Assembly (NCBI GenBank): GCA_030141605.1
Contig: JAQGDQ010000326.1
Span: 186,001-250,000, forward strand
Length of the DNA: 64,000 nucleotides
Source of the DNA: Tubiluchus corallicola
Taxonomy: Eukaryota > Animalia > Priapulida
Reading direction: 5' to 3'
Below, piece by piece: positions 27,241 to 40,435 of the stretch (position 1 is the first letter of the stretch; each line of letters starts with the position of its first letter). A program made the translations under genes and the position numbers. The notes under the pieces are model-generated. The model made no database searches, was not told the DNA's origin, and saw only the letters and a program-made list of their open reading frames with translations.

Positions 27241-27583
27241 TGCAAATAAAGTTCAAATTCAAATTCAAGATCAATGCGGGCCTTGCGTCAATCCTAATAG
27301 CTTATCTTTCAAGCCAATGCTTCAAAGTGAGAGTTTTTTTACTCATATTAGAGTTCTTTCATACAGTTTGGCATACTGTGAGCCGCTTTCCAGCCTTCAG
27401 TAGCTGGGATTATCGTGTCACTAGTTGTTAACGCAGTACCGGTATCTAATCTCATCATCTAGGATAATCTTTTAATCCAAAGATGAACCGTCAAGAGAGC
27501 CTTAACTATATGACCACCCTCAATGGAAGACACGCCTGTGGGCTAATTAAACTGCACAAAACGAGTATTGAACCCGTCACACA

Positions 27584-27624
27584 CCTATCCATGTAGTAAA
27601 CAGCCTCGGCATTGCTTAGCTTCG
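27584..27624 (-). repeat. 5S rRNA-like fragment (internal control region), probably part of a SINE
   Basis: CCTATCCATGTAGTAAACAGCCTCGGCATTGCTTAGCTTC aligns to the reverse complement of 5S (CCCATCCAAGTACTAACCAGGCCCGACCCTGCTTAGCTTC). Confidence 0.55.
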
Positions 27625-29199
27625 ATTCCTAGCACAAACCGTGGCCATTAATAATTATTTCATTTGTCCAATTACTAACTAATTAGATTAAATCTTTGTA
27701 ATTAATTTAGAATTTTAAATGATTGTGAAGCTAGTTAATTATTTCAGTTCAAAATACAAAGCAATTACTGAAACGCGTATAATACAAAAACCGTGAACAC
27801 TTGTTTAACACGATTCTAAAAACGATGCCTACGATTCTAAAAATTTTGCAAACTGCCGCCCGTAGACTTTAGACGCAATAGTAGCACTGCCATCGCCGTT
27901 TCTGGGCTGTTGTAAACCTAGCAAAACGTGGAAAACACGCCTAAATATAAGTCTCTTCAGTTAAAAAACGCAAAACATTTTTGACGAGCCAAACAGACTA
28001 TCTAGAACACGACATACGCTGAAATATCTGACAAGCTGCATGCATGTTCGAGAAATTTTATTATGAACATAAAATGCGTTGATGATCACGTTAAATAACG
28101 CATTCATCTGCTCAAATACAGTCTCATCTTACAGCTATAAATGCCCATATGCTCCTCCTTCTCTATCTTACAACTGCAAACTGCATAAAATTCCAGATAG
28201 CCACAAACTCTCATAGCAGCAAACGTCTAGACTAAAATGCGAAAGCGCCAAGAATTCTTGAACAAAACCGTACCCAATCTTAAACTGTAGGTCAAAACAA
28301 TCCACCTTTAAAAATTGAAAAGAAACATACTATTTTTTCAAAAATGATTTACGTGAAAGAATTATTACAACACAAACACGATTTCACGTTCGCGCCACTA
28401 GCTCTTCGCTGTTGCATGCATTTCGCCGCTTACTAGTTAGACGGCCACTAGCGCCTGTATTTCGGAAAGGCATTACACAAAAAACAGGTGTTGTACCTCT
28501 CAGTTCAGATGTGTTGGTTTATGAAAAACTTCACATGTTTGACAGGTCATGCGCGACTACAGCGGTAAATTTGAAATTTGAATTTTTATCTCAAAGCTTG
28601 CCGAGTTTTAGTACACCACATTGAATATCTTACAGTAGCAGTGTATTTCAATTTTCGCTTTTGCAAACACGTGCAACACGCTCATGGAATGTTCGTGCTG
28701 TTGAAAATTAAGTTAGTTTGTGATGTCATCACTAGTTGGGCTTACCCGCCGTTAATTAAAGTTTTAATCTATTATTTAATGAACAGAAACGCTTTGCAGC
28801 ATTATTGGTGTTTAAATGTACGTACCTTTTACCGTACTTGAAAATGGAATAGTATATGACAAATCATATTGTCTTCCTTTCAGAAAAGGATCTCTATCAT
28901 TAGTGAGGTTCATAGAGCTTTTAGCTAGCTGAGCTCATTCTTAAAAAGTGTCACAAACTATTAGCATCATGTGGTCAATGAATTTTTTTGAGGCTTTGTA
29001 GAGGTTTACGTTTTTCTTTGTTTTACATATATACAGAAAATCAATTTAAGAATTTTGAAAGTTAATGTGTAGTCTTGTAGCAGCAGCAGAGGCGGTAGTA
29101 ACAACAGCAATAGACCACTATTGCGATTGTCACTGTCTCCATCACAGCCATATCTACCAACATAAAAATAACTAAAACATTTTGTAGTGGCTAACTGAC

Positions 29200-29922
29200 T
29201 TAAGTCGAGTTGAATTGAGTGAGCTCCAATTAAAAACTGAGTTAAATTTAATAAAACTGAGTTGTGTTGAATCAATTTAATTGATTTGAGGTGAGCTGAA
29301 CTAACACGGTAGTTGAATTGAGTTATACTGAATCGAAATGGGATAAGTAAACTGAGATGGGCTGTAGTGAGTTGACGTAAAGTGATTTCATTTAAAATGT
29401 GTTTAGCTGAGGTAATCTGAGTAGTTGAACTGAGATGAGTGGCTCAGCTGAATTAAGCTGAGCTGAATTGAGTTTAGCTGAACTGAATTGACCGAGTTGA
29501 GATGAATAGTTTTGCTGAGTTGGGCTGAGCTGAACTGAGTTAAGCTGAGTTTGATTTAGTTGAGATGAGTAGTTAAACCGAGTTGAGTAGGAACTGAATT
29601 TAGCTGAGTTGAGTTCAGTTGGGTTTAGCTAGCTGAATTGATCGAGTCAAGTCGAGTTGAGCATAACTGAGCTTAGTCAAGTTGAGTTGGGTTGGGTTGA
29701 GCTGAAATGAGTTGAGCGAGGCTCAACTTCGAGAAATGCTAAGTGCTGGGTGAACTGCATTGAAATGAGTTGAGGAGGATTGAAGTAAGGTGAGTTGAGG
29801 TAAGTTGAGGTGAAATGAGGTGAGTTGAGTTGAGTTGTATTGAGATGAGTTCAACTGAGCTGCGTTGAGCCGAAATGAGGTGAGCAGAGATGAGTTGGAT
29901 TGCACTAAAGAGAATTGAGTTA
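29200..29922. repeat. Degenerate pentanucleotide array (GAGTT/AACTG/AGCTG)n
   Basis: 5-bp periodicity visible throughout. Confidence 0.88.
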
Positions 29923-32550
29923 TACATCATAGAAATTCAAAATTTTAAGAGAAAAGAAGTTCCGATTGAATGTGTAAAAGTCCTGAAATTGTAAAAGTTA
30001 GCTCTGCATACTAGAGGTTAAAGACACATTGTTAGTAAAACGAGGTAATCGAATCACATCTATAAAATGTGGTGCCAGAAATTTGTGAAGTTAATTTAGG
30101 AATCTGAATCTCTGATATACTAAACTGAACCAATGATACCAATAATGAGTGACATTGCTAAAATATTGCTGAGATATTGTTAAAACCGTAAATCAAGTTA
30201 GATAACAGTTTTTTTACGTCACAATCATATTGTTATGCAAGTTTCAATAGACTTGAAGTAATTTGAAACGTTACAACGGGAAGACAGACCCTCCATTTCC
30301 TTTGCTTCTTGAAATTTTCACGTGTTTTAGTGCCAACAACACGGCCTCATTGAATTGTATTTGGTTTCTTTGTTTGTTCTATTTGTACAGTCATATAATA
30401 ATTTGCAATAATCAAATGCATGCCTAGCTTGTTCAATAATTTAACTAAAGAGCGAAGCGCACAAATCTATTGCTCTATACGTTATTCACAGGACAAACGA
30501 ATCAGTTGTTACATGCTAATCAATAATGAAAATGACGCCATCGCGGCCATGATTAGAGAGCGAAATATAGTTAGCATAAATTTGCATAATAATTACACAT
30601 TGCTGGATCTGCGGTTAATTTTCAGTATTTATTCATGCGCTAAATCATTGCACTAAGTCGAATGAATGAGAGAACACGACGTTATCTGTTTAACTGAAGA
30701 TATAGAAAAGTACTCAATTTCTCATTGACTTTATTAACCCTAAATTGACGCAAAAATGATCGCTAGGACCCATTTGATGCTACTAAAGAAGCCGCAGTGA
30801 TGGTTATAATTTTATGATATATCGTTTCGTTTGTGTATACGTTCCGAAGACTAAATGCTTTGCTACGGATATTGAAATTATAGGTAGAAAAGCTTCTTGT
30901 AATGGCAAAAATATAGTTAAATATTGGAAATTGCGTTTATTTTGCTCTCTGGTATTTTTACATATAACACGAGAAAAAATGGCCCTAGCGTGGTATCACT
31001 TGTGCATGCCAAACGTAATATTTGTCTGAAATTCTCTGAGTTGTTTACAGTTGTAACTATAGATTCATGTTTCCGAATATGAATAACCAAATATACTTAC
31101 AGATCTTTTAACTATTTGCTTCAGCATGAGATTTTGTAGTTCATTAAATACAATGTAAAACGCCAAGATAGTTTAATATAAAGTAATACAAAGTAAACGA
31201 TTATATGAAAACATGTAAATTATTATAGAAAATTTACTACTATAAATGTAACACGTAAATGTAAAGTCGAACGTTGCCATGTGCTTCTTATGATGCACAA
31301 CTTAAGGTTTCATATTGTTCCAAATGCCTATATTGGGAAAATATTTCGGCTAGCAAAACTAATAAATGTGAAATAAAAACTGCTGAGTTGCACATGACAT
31401 TTAGAATAAGCTTGACCCTCACGAGTGATACTAAAATTCCCTGATCCAAGAGGATGTGCTACGCTTTTACTCGAGTAACATGTAATATTCCCCGGAGCAG
31501 TGACAAATTGTAACATCTGTTAAGTTTATGTTTCTTTAGCAAATTAACACTCAAACATAAACTAAGCAGAAACGAGCAGCAATAAAGCGATTGAAACACA
31601 AAACTGTGAGACAGATGTCAAAACTAAGCAATGCAGCAATTGGCGCTCATTTCCGGAAAAAATTCTGGGGAAGCTGGGAAAATTCAAACTCGGGACGGTG
31701 AAAGTGACAACAAGAATTATGCACCACCTTCGTTGACGTTGTATGAGTGTTTGTGCTGCTGTGTTGTCACAATGCAGAAAGGATGTCAGAAAAGTTGTTT
31801 TGGCATTCATTAAAATATCATTGTGTTGCTAGGAAGGCAGGAAGCCACCCTACTCTTCTCGCTGGTTTGTATGATGACGTAGCAATCAGAAACCAGTGAC
31901 ACTGGCAATTTTTATCTCTTTACGTCATTCATGTATGTGCACAATGTTCACACGTTGCAAATGGACTGTGAATCCTCTTTACTAGACATTGGTGCTTCAG
32001 CCACAAAGCACCTTTCTCTTTAAGTAATTAAAATGATAGAAAATGCGTTGAAAATGGTGGCAGGTGTCCCCAGTTTTTAGTTAGTAGTTCTATTTAATCA
32101 ACAATGCTTATATTAACAATGATTTAATTCATTAGTCCAAATATGATGTAATTAAAGAACAAACTTAAACGAAATTACTGAATCAAAATAATTATACTGT
32201 AGTATACTAAATTAACATGTAGTATTACCTATAGTAAACTACTGTAGTATATTACACTTTCCTGCAGAGGATACTATAGTTTAATCGCTGTTAGAGTAAA
32301 AATAAATCAAACTTTCTTGTTCACCGTGTAATTAACTGGAAACAGTCCAAACAGTAAAGACATACCAAGGTAAAAACGTCCTTATGCCGTCGAGATCATA
32401 TATAAATACTTACTAGCATGCAACATAACATAACAGAGAAAAAAACAGAGTGAGACATAGAGTTATGGTGCATAGCCAAAACCAGGGGGCGCAATGTCCC
32501 CGTCCTCCCAGCGGGGTTTATATACCCCTCTTGAATCTATATTTTCCCGG

Positions 32551-32697
32551 CCGTTGCATTGGTGATTTGTTCCTATGGAAATGCGTTGAACTGGTGATCC
32601 GTTGCTATGGTGAACTGTTACTATGGTGATCTCTGTTGCTTTATTCGGCTAGCTGTTGCTAGGTTCTAACCGTTGACTAATAAAACTTGTTGACTTA
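32551..32697 (+). repeat. About 16-bp-period array of GTTGCTATGG-like motifs
   Basis: GTT starts at 32553, 32569, 32585, 32601 and 32617, then more loosely at 32635, 32655, 32672 and 32689. Confidence 0.7.
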
Positions 32698-34859
32698 CAC
32701 TATAAACTAATTGGACCACTCAATAGGAGGCTGTCTTCTAAATTTTAATTAATAAATTTTAAAACTAATTTTATAATTTTGGCGAAATTTAATAAATTTG
32801 ATGACTTCGATCTCTGTTCTACTACGTTTGAATTATAAATTCTGCTACGCGTGTAGATTTTGTATTTGTTAAGGCCCTTGTTAGTACATGCTAACGTTAA
32901 GATCTCAAATATTTTGTTTATATAATTTATTTTTCAATTAAATTACAAATTTGCCCGCAGAGGTACCCGCAAAACAAGCTAAACGTTACACACGCCAGTA
33001 GAAATAAAATACGAGAAACACGAGAAACGTGCAGTTGACTTTAACTGAATAAGAAACTAAATTTAAGTTTACTGCTACAAAGATGACTACTAATGTACAA
33101 TCACGTCTGTGGATTCAGCAAATTTGTTGAATTTTCTTCATACCAACTTGCACAAATGATAAATAATTCAGAAAGAAACAGTAAAAACATGTCGGCATAC
33201 GCAGTGGAGGCCATTATACGTATTTACGTTTAACGATGGGCGCCGGCATGATAATTTCTAATATGTTTTCAATTTATCACGATTTCATTAGTACTAAAAC
33301 GCTCGTTCAGACCCGGGCTCGTGCGCACGTGCAACACAGCATTACCGGTTTGTTTTTATTGACTCAAGATCTAATTAACGATGAACGTAAAATGTGCATT
33401 TGCAACTGAGGAAGCCTTTTATACCAATTCACAGTTCACTTCATGAAGAAGCTGATTAAATCTTCGCACTTTTGCCTGTTTACAAAGCGCACCTCTGGAT
33501 TATAGCATTTATAAATAATTTAACATTCTGCAGCACTTGAACTTTTTCGCCCCTCCCACCCAATGTAAATTTAAAAAAATTGACGAGTGGCATTTTATTT
33601 AGAGACCATCAGCCAGGTGTCGACACCTGACAGGTGATATAATACAACTGCACGGACTCTTGTTGATAGAAGTCTGAAAAATGTACTTAGAGACTATAAG
33701 TTTTAGTTGAGCGCTCACTTATAATAATTTTCGACAGACGTGATTTCTTGCGGGCGTACTTTTTAATAATGTTTCGTCTTATTTTATTTTATTATTATTA
33801 CTATATTTTTTTTGTCTTTTGGCATGTTACTTTCAACAGAAATAAAATAGCCACAGCGGCCACTGTGAATGTTATAGTTTTACAGAAGGCAAGTAGCTAT
33901 TATATGAGATTGTATATGTAAAAGTGTGCTTTAGTTTTTTTAGATAGGAGTATTTTGCTGTAGCTTATATCATTTTTTACTTTATTACTTGTGTTTCTTA
34001 TGCACTCCTACTGCACTCGTAGTTTTATGTTTTGCACCAGACGCATTTGCTTATTAGCAGTGTAGCCCAGGCAATCACTGAATAATATTTCACATATATA
34101 TTATACATATATTTTTCTGATTAAGACGGCATGAGAACAATGTCGAATCTGATTATTGCTAGTCTTCAACAAAACTATTACATTATCCTTGGCAGTTGTG
34201 GCTATTTTGTTGTATTAAGCAGTGTTTTAGCAATATAGTTGTTTGCATTTGTAAATTTATATTCACTTGTTTGTTAAAGTGATGCAATACTCCTTATGCA
34301 AAGTTGTGCATAATCACAACAACGTGGCTGCAGATGAACACTTACATTTCGATATGAAAACGCTACTTTTCATGCGCAAACATGTGCTCTTCATAAAAAA
34401 CGGCTGACACAGAGGAAAATAAAGTCGTTAAATTTTTACAAGTGTTTGCAGTTGAACAACGCATGGTTTTATTCATCTTCTGCACATGTGGCGTTTGGAG
34501 CAAGAAGCAAAGAGTAATATTTATCTAAAGTTACACTTTTCGCATTTTCTTGCAACGCTCTAACTCGTTTAATGGCAAAAGCCATATGTTTCGATTAACA
34601 ACTGAATTATAGAGTGTGAAACAAAAAAGGCAAGACACCGCAGACAGATAATCTCCACAAGTTTTAAGCATGTAAATTATACTTGTTTATGATTACGCAT
34701 TTACTAGTGCATGTTGAATACAAGAGTAAAAGCATAGACCAGTTTTTCTTCTAATAATCATTACTGTTTATGCGAATGCGACTGCAAATACTTTTCTTGT
34801 TCTTCCATTCGTTTAATTGTTTTTCCTTTTTAATTTTTTCTTCTAATCATATTTTTTGC

Positions 34860-34996
34860 CTGCTTCCTCTCTTTTTTCTTATCCTTCTTTTTCCTGTCTT
34901 CTTTTTGCTTTTCTCTTTTTCTTTGTTTTCTTTCTCTGTTAAATTCTTTCTTTTTTTGTTTTTATCTTTCTTGTTTACTATTCCTCTTTTCTGCTC

Positions 34997-35031
<35 letters not shown>

Positions 35032-35060
35032 TATTATCATTATTATTATTATTATTATTA

Positions 35061-35092
<32 letters not shown>

Positions 35093-35136
35093 ATTGTTGT
35101 TGTTGTTGTTGTTATTGCTATTGCTATTGCTATTGC

Positions 35137-35224
<88 letters not shown>

Positions 35225-35400
35225 TTCTTTGTCACGTTCTGCTGCTTTGTTTAACCATTTCTTCACTGTTTCATTCGTTCATTTATTTGTCTGTTCAATT
35301 GTTCCTTCGTTTCTTCCTTCACATATTATTTTTTCGTTTTTTATTTTTTTCCTTCTTTTTCCTTGTTCCGTTTCTTGTTTTGTTTCTTTCTTTAGTACTT
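34860..35400. repeat. Compound microsatellite (TTA)n(TTG)n(TTGCTA)n(TTA)n with T-rich flanks
   Basis: Directly visible; explains the poly-L/poly-N/poly-I ORFs. Confidence 0.95.
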
Positions 35401-36544
35401 CTTGCGTCACAGTTTTGAATAAGACTGTTTAATTTACTAGCGTGAGAGTTAATAGATTGGTTTTTGTAGTCCGCTAAGTTGTTTCGTTTCAGGGCAAAAA
35501 ATAACTTGCTTCATGCCCATGTAACAGTAACATCACAAGTAACCATTAGAAAAAGCTGAAATTTCTTTAACATCATAAGATGACATGCACTAAGAGGAAG
35601 ATCTTACTTATAACAGTTAACCTAATAGCTAGTTAATTGAAGAGGGAGGCAATGAAAAATTGGAGATGAACAAGGAGTAGAACCCATAACCTTTCGGGGT
35701 TCCATACAGTCTGTATCTCACGATAAAAATGTGCCATTTTAGACACGACGAAAAGCAAATTTTCTGGTATTTCGTAATGAATATGCTGCATTTCTTAGAT
35801 CTTCCTTGGTGTGCGCCTAGAAATTTTCAAGCCTGATATATGTATTCGTGATGCAAATTAATTGATTTATAGTGCGGCTTTTATTTCTCGTCATTATTAT
35901 TAAAAGGTGCATTAACGTTTTTAATTAGGCATTATATATCATGATACCTTATTTAAATTTCGCTCGCAGCGCAGTAAAATTTACTTTTCTTGAAAAGTAT
36001 CTGTGTGTACAACGTAATTCTTTAGGGGTTGAGAATTCCTGTAATAAATTTAGTAATTAAGCGCTTTTTATGTTAAATCAATATTTAGTTTTGCAGTGCA
36101 GATGCAACTAGATAAACTGACACATTCCAAAGTTGCGACCAGTTGCTATCTTTCTTACATTCATGCCTGGCTAACGATGGCAAATTTTCTGTAAATTTTA
36201 TCTGATAATAATATTCCAAGACGTTGCGGACAACTGTTCTCAGGTATTTTTACGAAACATTAAAAAACTTGAAATTTACACGTGCACTCGGTAACTGCTG
36301 CCAAATAGTCTGAGTTTCATTGTACTGGCATTGGTCGAGAAATCGTTTTAACAAGATTCTATCCCTGCTTTTGGCCTTCGCAACACTTGTTGCTTCTTCA
36401 ATCTTCTTCTATGCTTAGCACTAATTCTTTTTTCTGCAATTATCTGGACTCTTGATAATCTCGCTGCACTCCCTAAGACAAATATCCTTGGTAAATTCCT
36501 AACCGACACCTAACTGGATTTTGATACCTAATGAATGGATTTGA

Positions 36545-36897
36545 ACTATATGGGACTGAACTGCATTGAATTGGATTGCATTGGATTGGATTGGAGTGGA
36601 TTGGATTGGGGTAGCATAGAGTAGGGTAGAGTAAGGTAGAGTATGATAGATTGTATTGGATTGAATTCGACTAGACTGAATTGGATTAGGTTAGGTTAGG
36701 TTGGGTTGAGTTGGTTTGGGTTGGATTGGACTGGATTGAATTCTATTGGACTCGATAGGACTGGATTAGACTGGGCTGAGCTAAATTAAGTTAGATTGAG
36801 TCAAGCTGAGTTAATTTGTGTTGTGTTTATTTTGGATTGGGTTGGATTAGATTAGGTTAGCTTAGACTAGACTGGACTGGACTGGACTGGACTAGAC
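36545..36897. repeat. Degenerate pentanucleotide array (GGATT/GGGTT/GGACT)n
   Basis: 5-bp periodicity visible. Confidence 0.88.
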
Positions 36898-39889
36898 CTT
36901 ATGGTGAAGCAGATTTTCCAGAACAAATCTGGTGTGAACAAACTACCTCCAAAAACTTGCTATAATAGCCGCTAAATCAACCAAAAATGAATTATTCACG
37001 CAGTTGTACACTATTACAAACTTAAAAAGAATTATTTAACGACAGTTTCTGTAAGTTATTATTGTAGTTGTGAAAAATGTTTTGTCTGCACAAAATGTGG
37101 TGAATACCTATCACCTTGGTCGGAATAAGCGTCGAATATTCGATAATCCGACGGCACAACATTAACTTGTCACTAGTAATAAATAAATAAGACATCAAAT
37201 ACATATATATATATATATATATATCCGAGGCTGTGCCACCTGGAAATTTTCAAAGTGCTGACAGTTATGATCGGCCAACAGGCAGAGATGCCTAACATCT
37301 ACAACCGAATGGGTATGGTATGATATGATATGATATGATATGATGCAATTTTACTGACTATCTGTCGAATTTTATTGTCTTGGAGGCAGAATTCTTTATG
37401 ATAAAATTCTTCCTGACCAAAAGAGTTTGCAATACGCATAACAGGCAATCGATGATTGATTATTACTCAGTGCCCATTACTAATTTTCTCAGCATCAATA
37501 GAAGCAAAAACTCTTTAAGTTACAGTTCAGCCTACGCGAAAACATGAAACTAGTCTTCCTATTACAGTTCTGATTTTTGTGAGCCTATGAAACAAGCTGT
37601 TATAGCTTTAACGGTTTCGAATTTTAATGTGTCACTTATTCGACTCGCCATATTTCATTAAAACTCGCATGCTTTAACTCACTAACAGGCTAGCATTCAT
37701 TTAAATTTCAATTTATCGCTCTCACGGTACAAGTGTAGAATCATGAGCTCGATTATTGTACTTTACTCCTTTCGTATGCAGATTACACATAATTGATAAC
37801 CCGTAATTTCGCCAAAGAACAATGAAATCTTGAATTTTTCTGTTGACTTAACAGCTGAATTGGATATATGAAAGAGAATAAATAAACAGAACGTCTCTCG
37901 CGAATGAGTAAAAATCAAATAACGACGCCGAGGCGTGTATTGTTTCAAGTTTTAAAGTTAATTGCCTTCTTGCTAAATCACTGCCCAGTGTTTTAATTAA
38001 AGCGTCGCTGTACGTGTCAAGTGCTTTTAATCCTTTTTTTAGTTAACGCCGTCCTGGAAATTTTGCACCGAAAATGATCAAGGCTTCAAGTGAAGTTTGA
38101 ACATTTTACGGTGGTTAAAATTGGCGGGGGGGGGGGGGAGAGAAGAGGTCATTTGTACGAAGAAAAACTGCGTAAAAGAGTTGAGACGGGAGTGCATGAA
38201 AGGCTTGACAGCGAAAGAGACAAGCTAGGAAATATGAAATGTTACACGATAAATATTTTTCGAAAAGTAAACTTGAACGGGCGGGTTGGGAGATAGTTGT
38301 ACGTATACCTAGCAGCTATAGCGGTAACCAGACAAAACAAAAGTAAATAGATAGGGTAAACGGGTTATGTAGGTAGTAAGAATAGGTAGAAAATTAGATA
38401 AATAAATGAGCTGGTAATATCTGGGTAGGTAAGTAGACAAACAAGCAGCCAGGCAGGCTAGAAGAGTTGCTGATTCGTAAGAATTTTTAAAATAGATAAA
38501 GCGCTTTAGAAGATGATGATGCTGTTTCGCAGTCTTTGCTAAAATTTAGTTCTCTTGTTTACATTTAATCACATTAGCATAGAAGAAAACTAAAGTACAA
38601 TTTTTGAAAAAAATTAACGCAATTTTTCCGCACACATGCTTCTTTCTGATACTAATGATCACATTCATCTGACTAATTAATTAAATAGGCCTGATCTTAG
38701 TTCTGAAGCAAACCTCATTAAGCTACTTTAAATAGTCTAGCTGGAATTTGTCAGCAAAATGTTAGAAGTTGTAATTTCATACCCAATGATTACTTACCTA
38801 TTAGTAGTTGTTAAATTTGACCGACTAGAAACTACATAAGCTATATCGTATAATTCGACATTATAGTCACTATTAAAATCTAATTTCATTACCTATTACG
38901 CATTTTTCGCAGCGTACTTGAGTACTTTACCCGCTAACCCCTAGGCATAACTTTTTTCATTTAACTGCGTTTGCTTGCTTGAAATTTTAAAGCAATGAAC
39001 GCTAATTACGCAAGAGAACGGCCTGCTGTGTTAATTAGTAAAAATGAATTTTCCAATGCAAATTTTAATTACACCGTGGTAATGACAAATTCGCAGTATT
39101 ATTTCAGCAAAAACGCAACAACTAAGCGGGCGCGCGTGTTAGCACGAAAACAATTGCTTCTTCACACGAAAACCATATCACCACATAAAAGGAGTTTTTT
39201 AAATTCTTAACCAGTTCTTTGTCACTGCTGTGAACTTTTTTTATTTTCTCTATTGTCATTTGCGTGAGATTACGCGATGTCGTGAAAGAATAATTGCATC
39301 CATTAAGCATCGTGGAAATAAAACAAACACGTGCAAAGTATAACGTCGAGGGAATATCTATTATACAGAATCTAAAACTTTCACTTAAAAAAATTAATAG
39401 TATTTTAACGAATATTATGATACCAGTGCTTCTTAAAGAGAATGATCAACAAATATTTTGCTAAGTAACTTCCTGACTATGGCGTTGACGCAGATTATAG
39501 AAATTACGAAGATTTTTTTCTGTCAAGTAGAGACCAGAGTTCTTTTCAGAGTTTTTAAACAAGTAATAGTGTTATTAACTGACCGGATTTTGAAAAAATT
39601 TAAATCAAAGATTTACTCGTTTCCCGCTTTAATAAGCGATCTAGAGTTAACAAGATTTTGTCTAGTAAAGTGCAGGTATTTAGCTTTTCCAGGTTCTACA
39701 TCAATCGTGCAATTTGCTTACAGTAGGATACGAAATTTCAAGGAAGGCTTTCTGCAGCTGTGAAACTTCAATAAGACTTGACTTTTAAAGAAATTTTGTT
39801 ATTTTGAAGTGTCAAGTAACTACTAATCTTTATTTTCTATTAAATTGAAACAAAAGACTGTTAATAAAAAATATAAATTTCTTTTATTT

Positions 39890-40435
39890 CAGTTCAATTC
39901 ATTCACGTCCAGTCCAGTTAAGTCAAGCCCAATTCAGTCAAGTCCAGTCCAGTCCAGCCAAATCCGGTCTAGTCTTGTTCAGTCCAGTGCGGTCCGGTCT
40001 GATCAATCCAATTCAGTCTGGTCCAATCCAGTTCAGTCTAATCTTGTCCGGTCCAATACAGTCCTGCCCTGCCCTGCCTTGCCCTGTCCTGCCCAGCATG
40101 CCCTACTCTGCCCTGCCCTGCCCTGCCCTGCCCTGCCCTGCCCTGCCCTGTCCTGCCCAGCATTGCCCTACTCTGCCCTGCCCTGCCCTGTCCTGTCCTG
40201 TCCTGTCCTGTCCTGTCCGGTCCTGTCCTGTCCTATCCTGTCCTGTCCTGTCCTGTCCTGTCCTGTCCTGTCATGTCCTACCCTGTCCTGTCCTGTCCTG
40301 TCCTGTCCAGTCCTGTCCTGTCCAATCCAGTCCAGTCCAGTCCAGTCCAGTCCAGTCCAGTCCAGTCCAGTCCAGTCCAGTCCAGTCCAGTCCAGTCCAG
40401 TCCAGTCCAGTTTAGTCCAGTCCGTTCCAGTCCAA
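39890..40435. repeat. Pentanucleotide array (CCAGT)/(CCCTG)/(CCTGT)/(CCAGT)
   Basis: Directly visible; explains the PCPAL/SSPVQ ORFs. Confidence 0.95.

Noticed and set aside
27584-27624. Functional 5S rRNA gene
   Set aside because: Only about 40 of about 120 nt align, with many mismatches.
34770-35432. Poly-Leu/poly-Asn/poly-Ile ORFs
   Set aside because: Translations of a trinucleotide microsatellite.
38123-38140. Poly-G run as G-quadruplex (also near 47054 and 58462)
   Set aside because: Short homopolymers with assembly-uncertain length and no supporting context.
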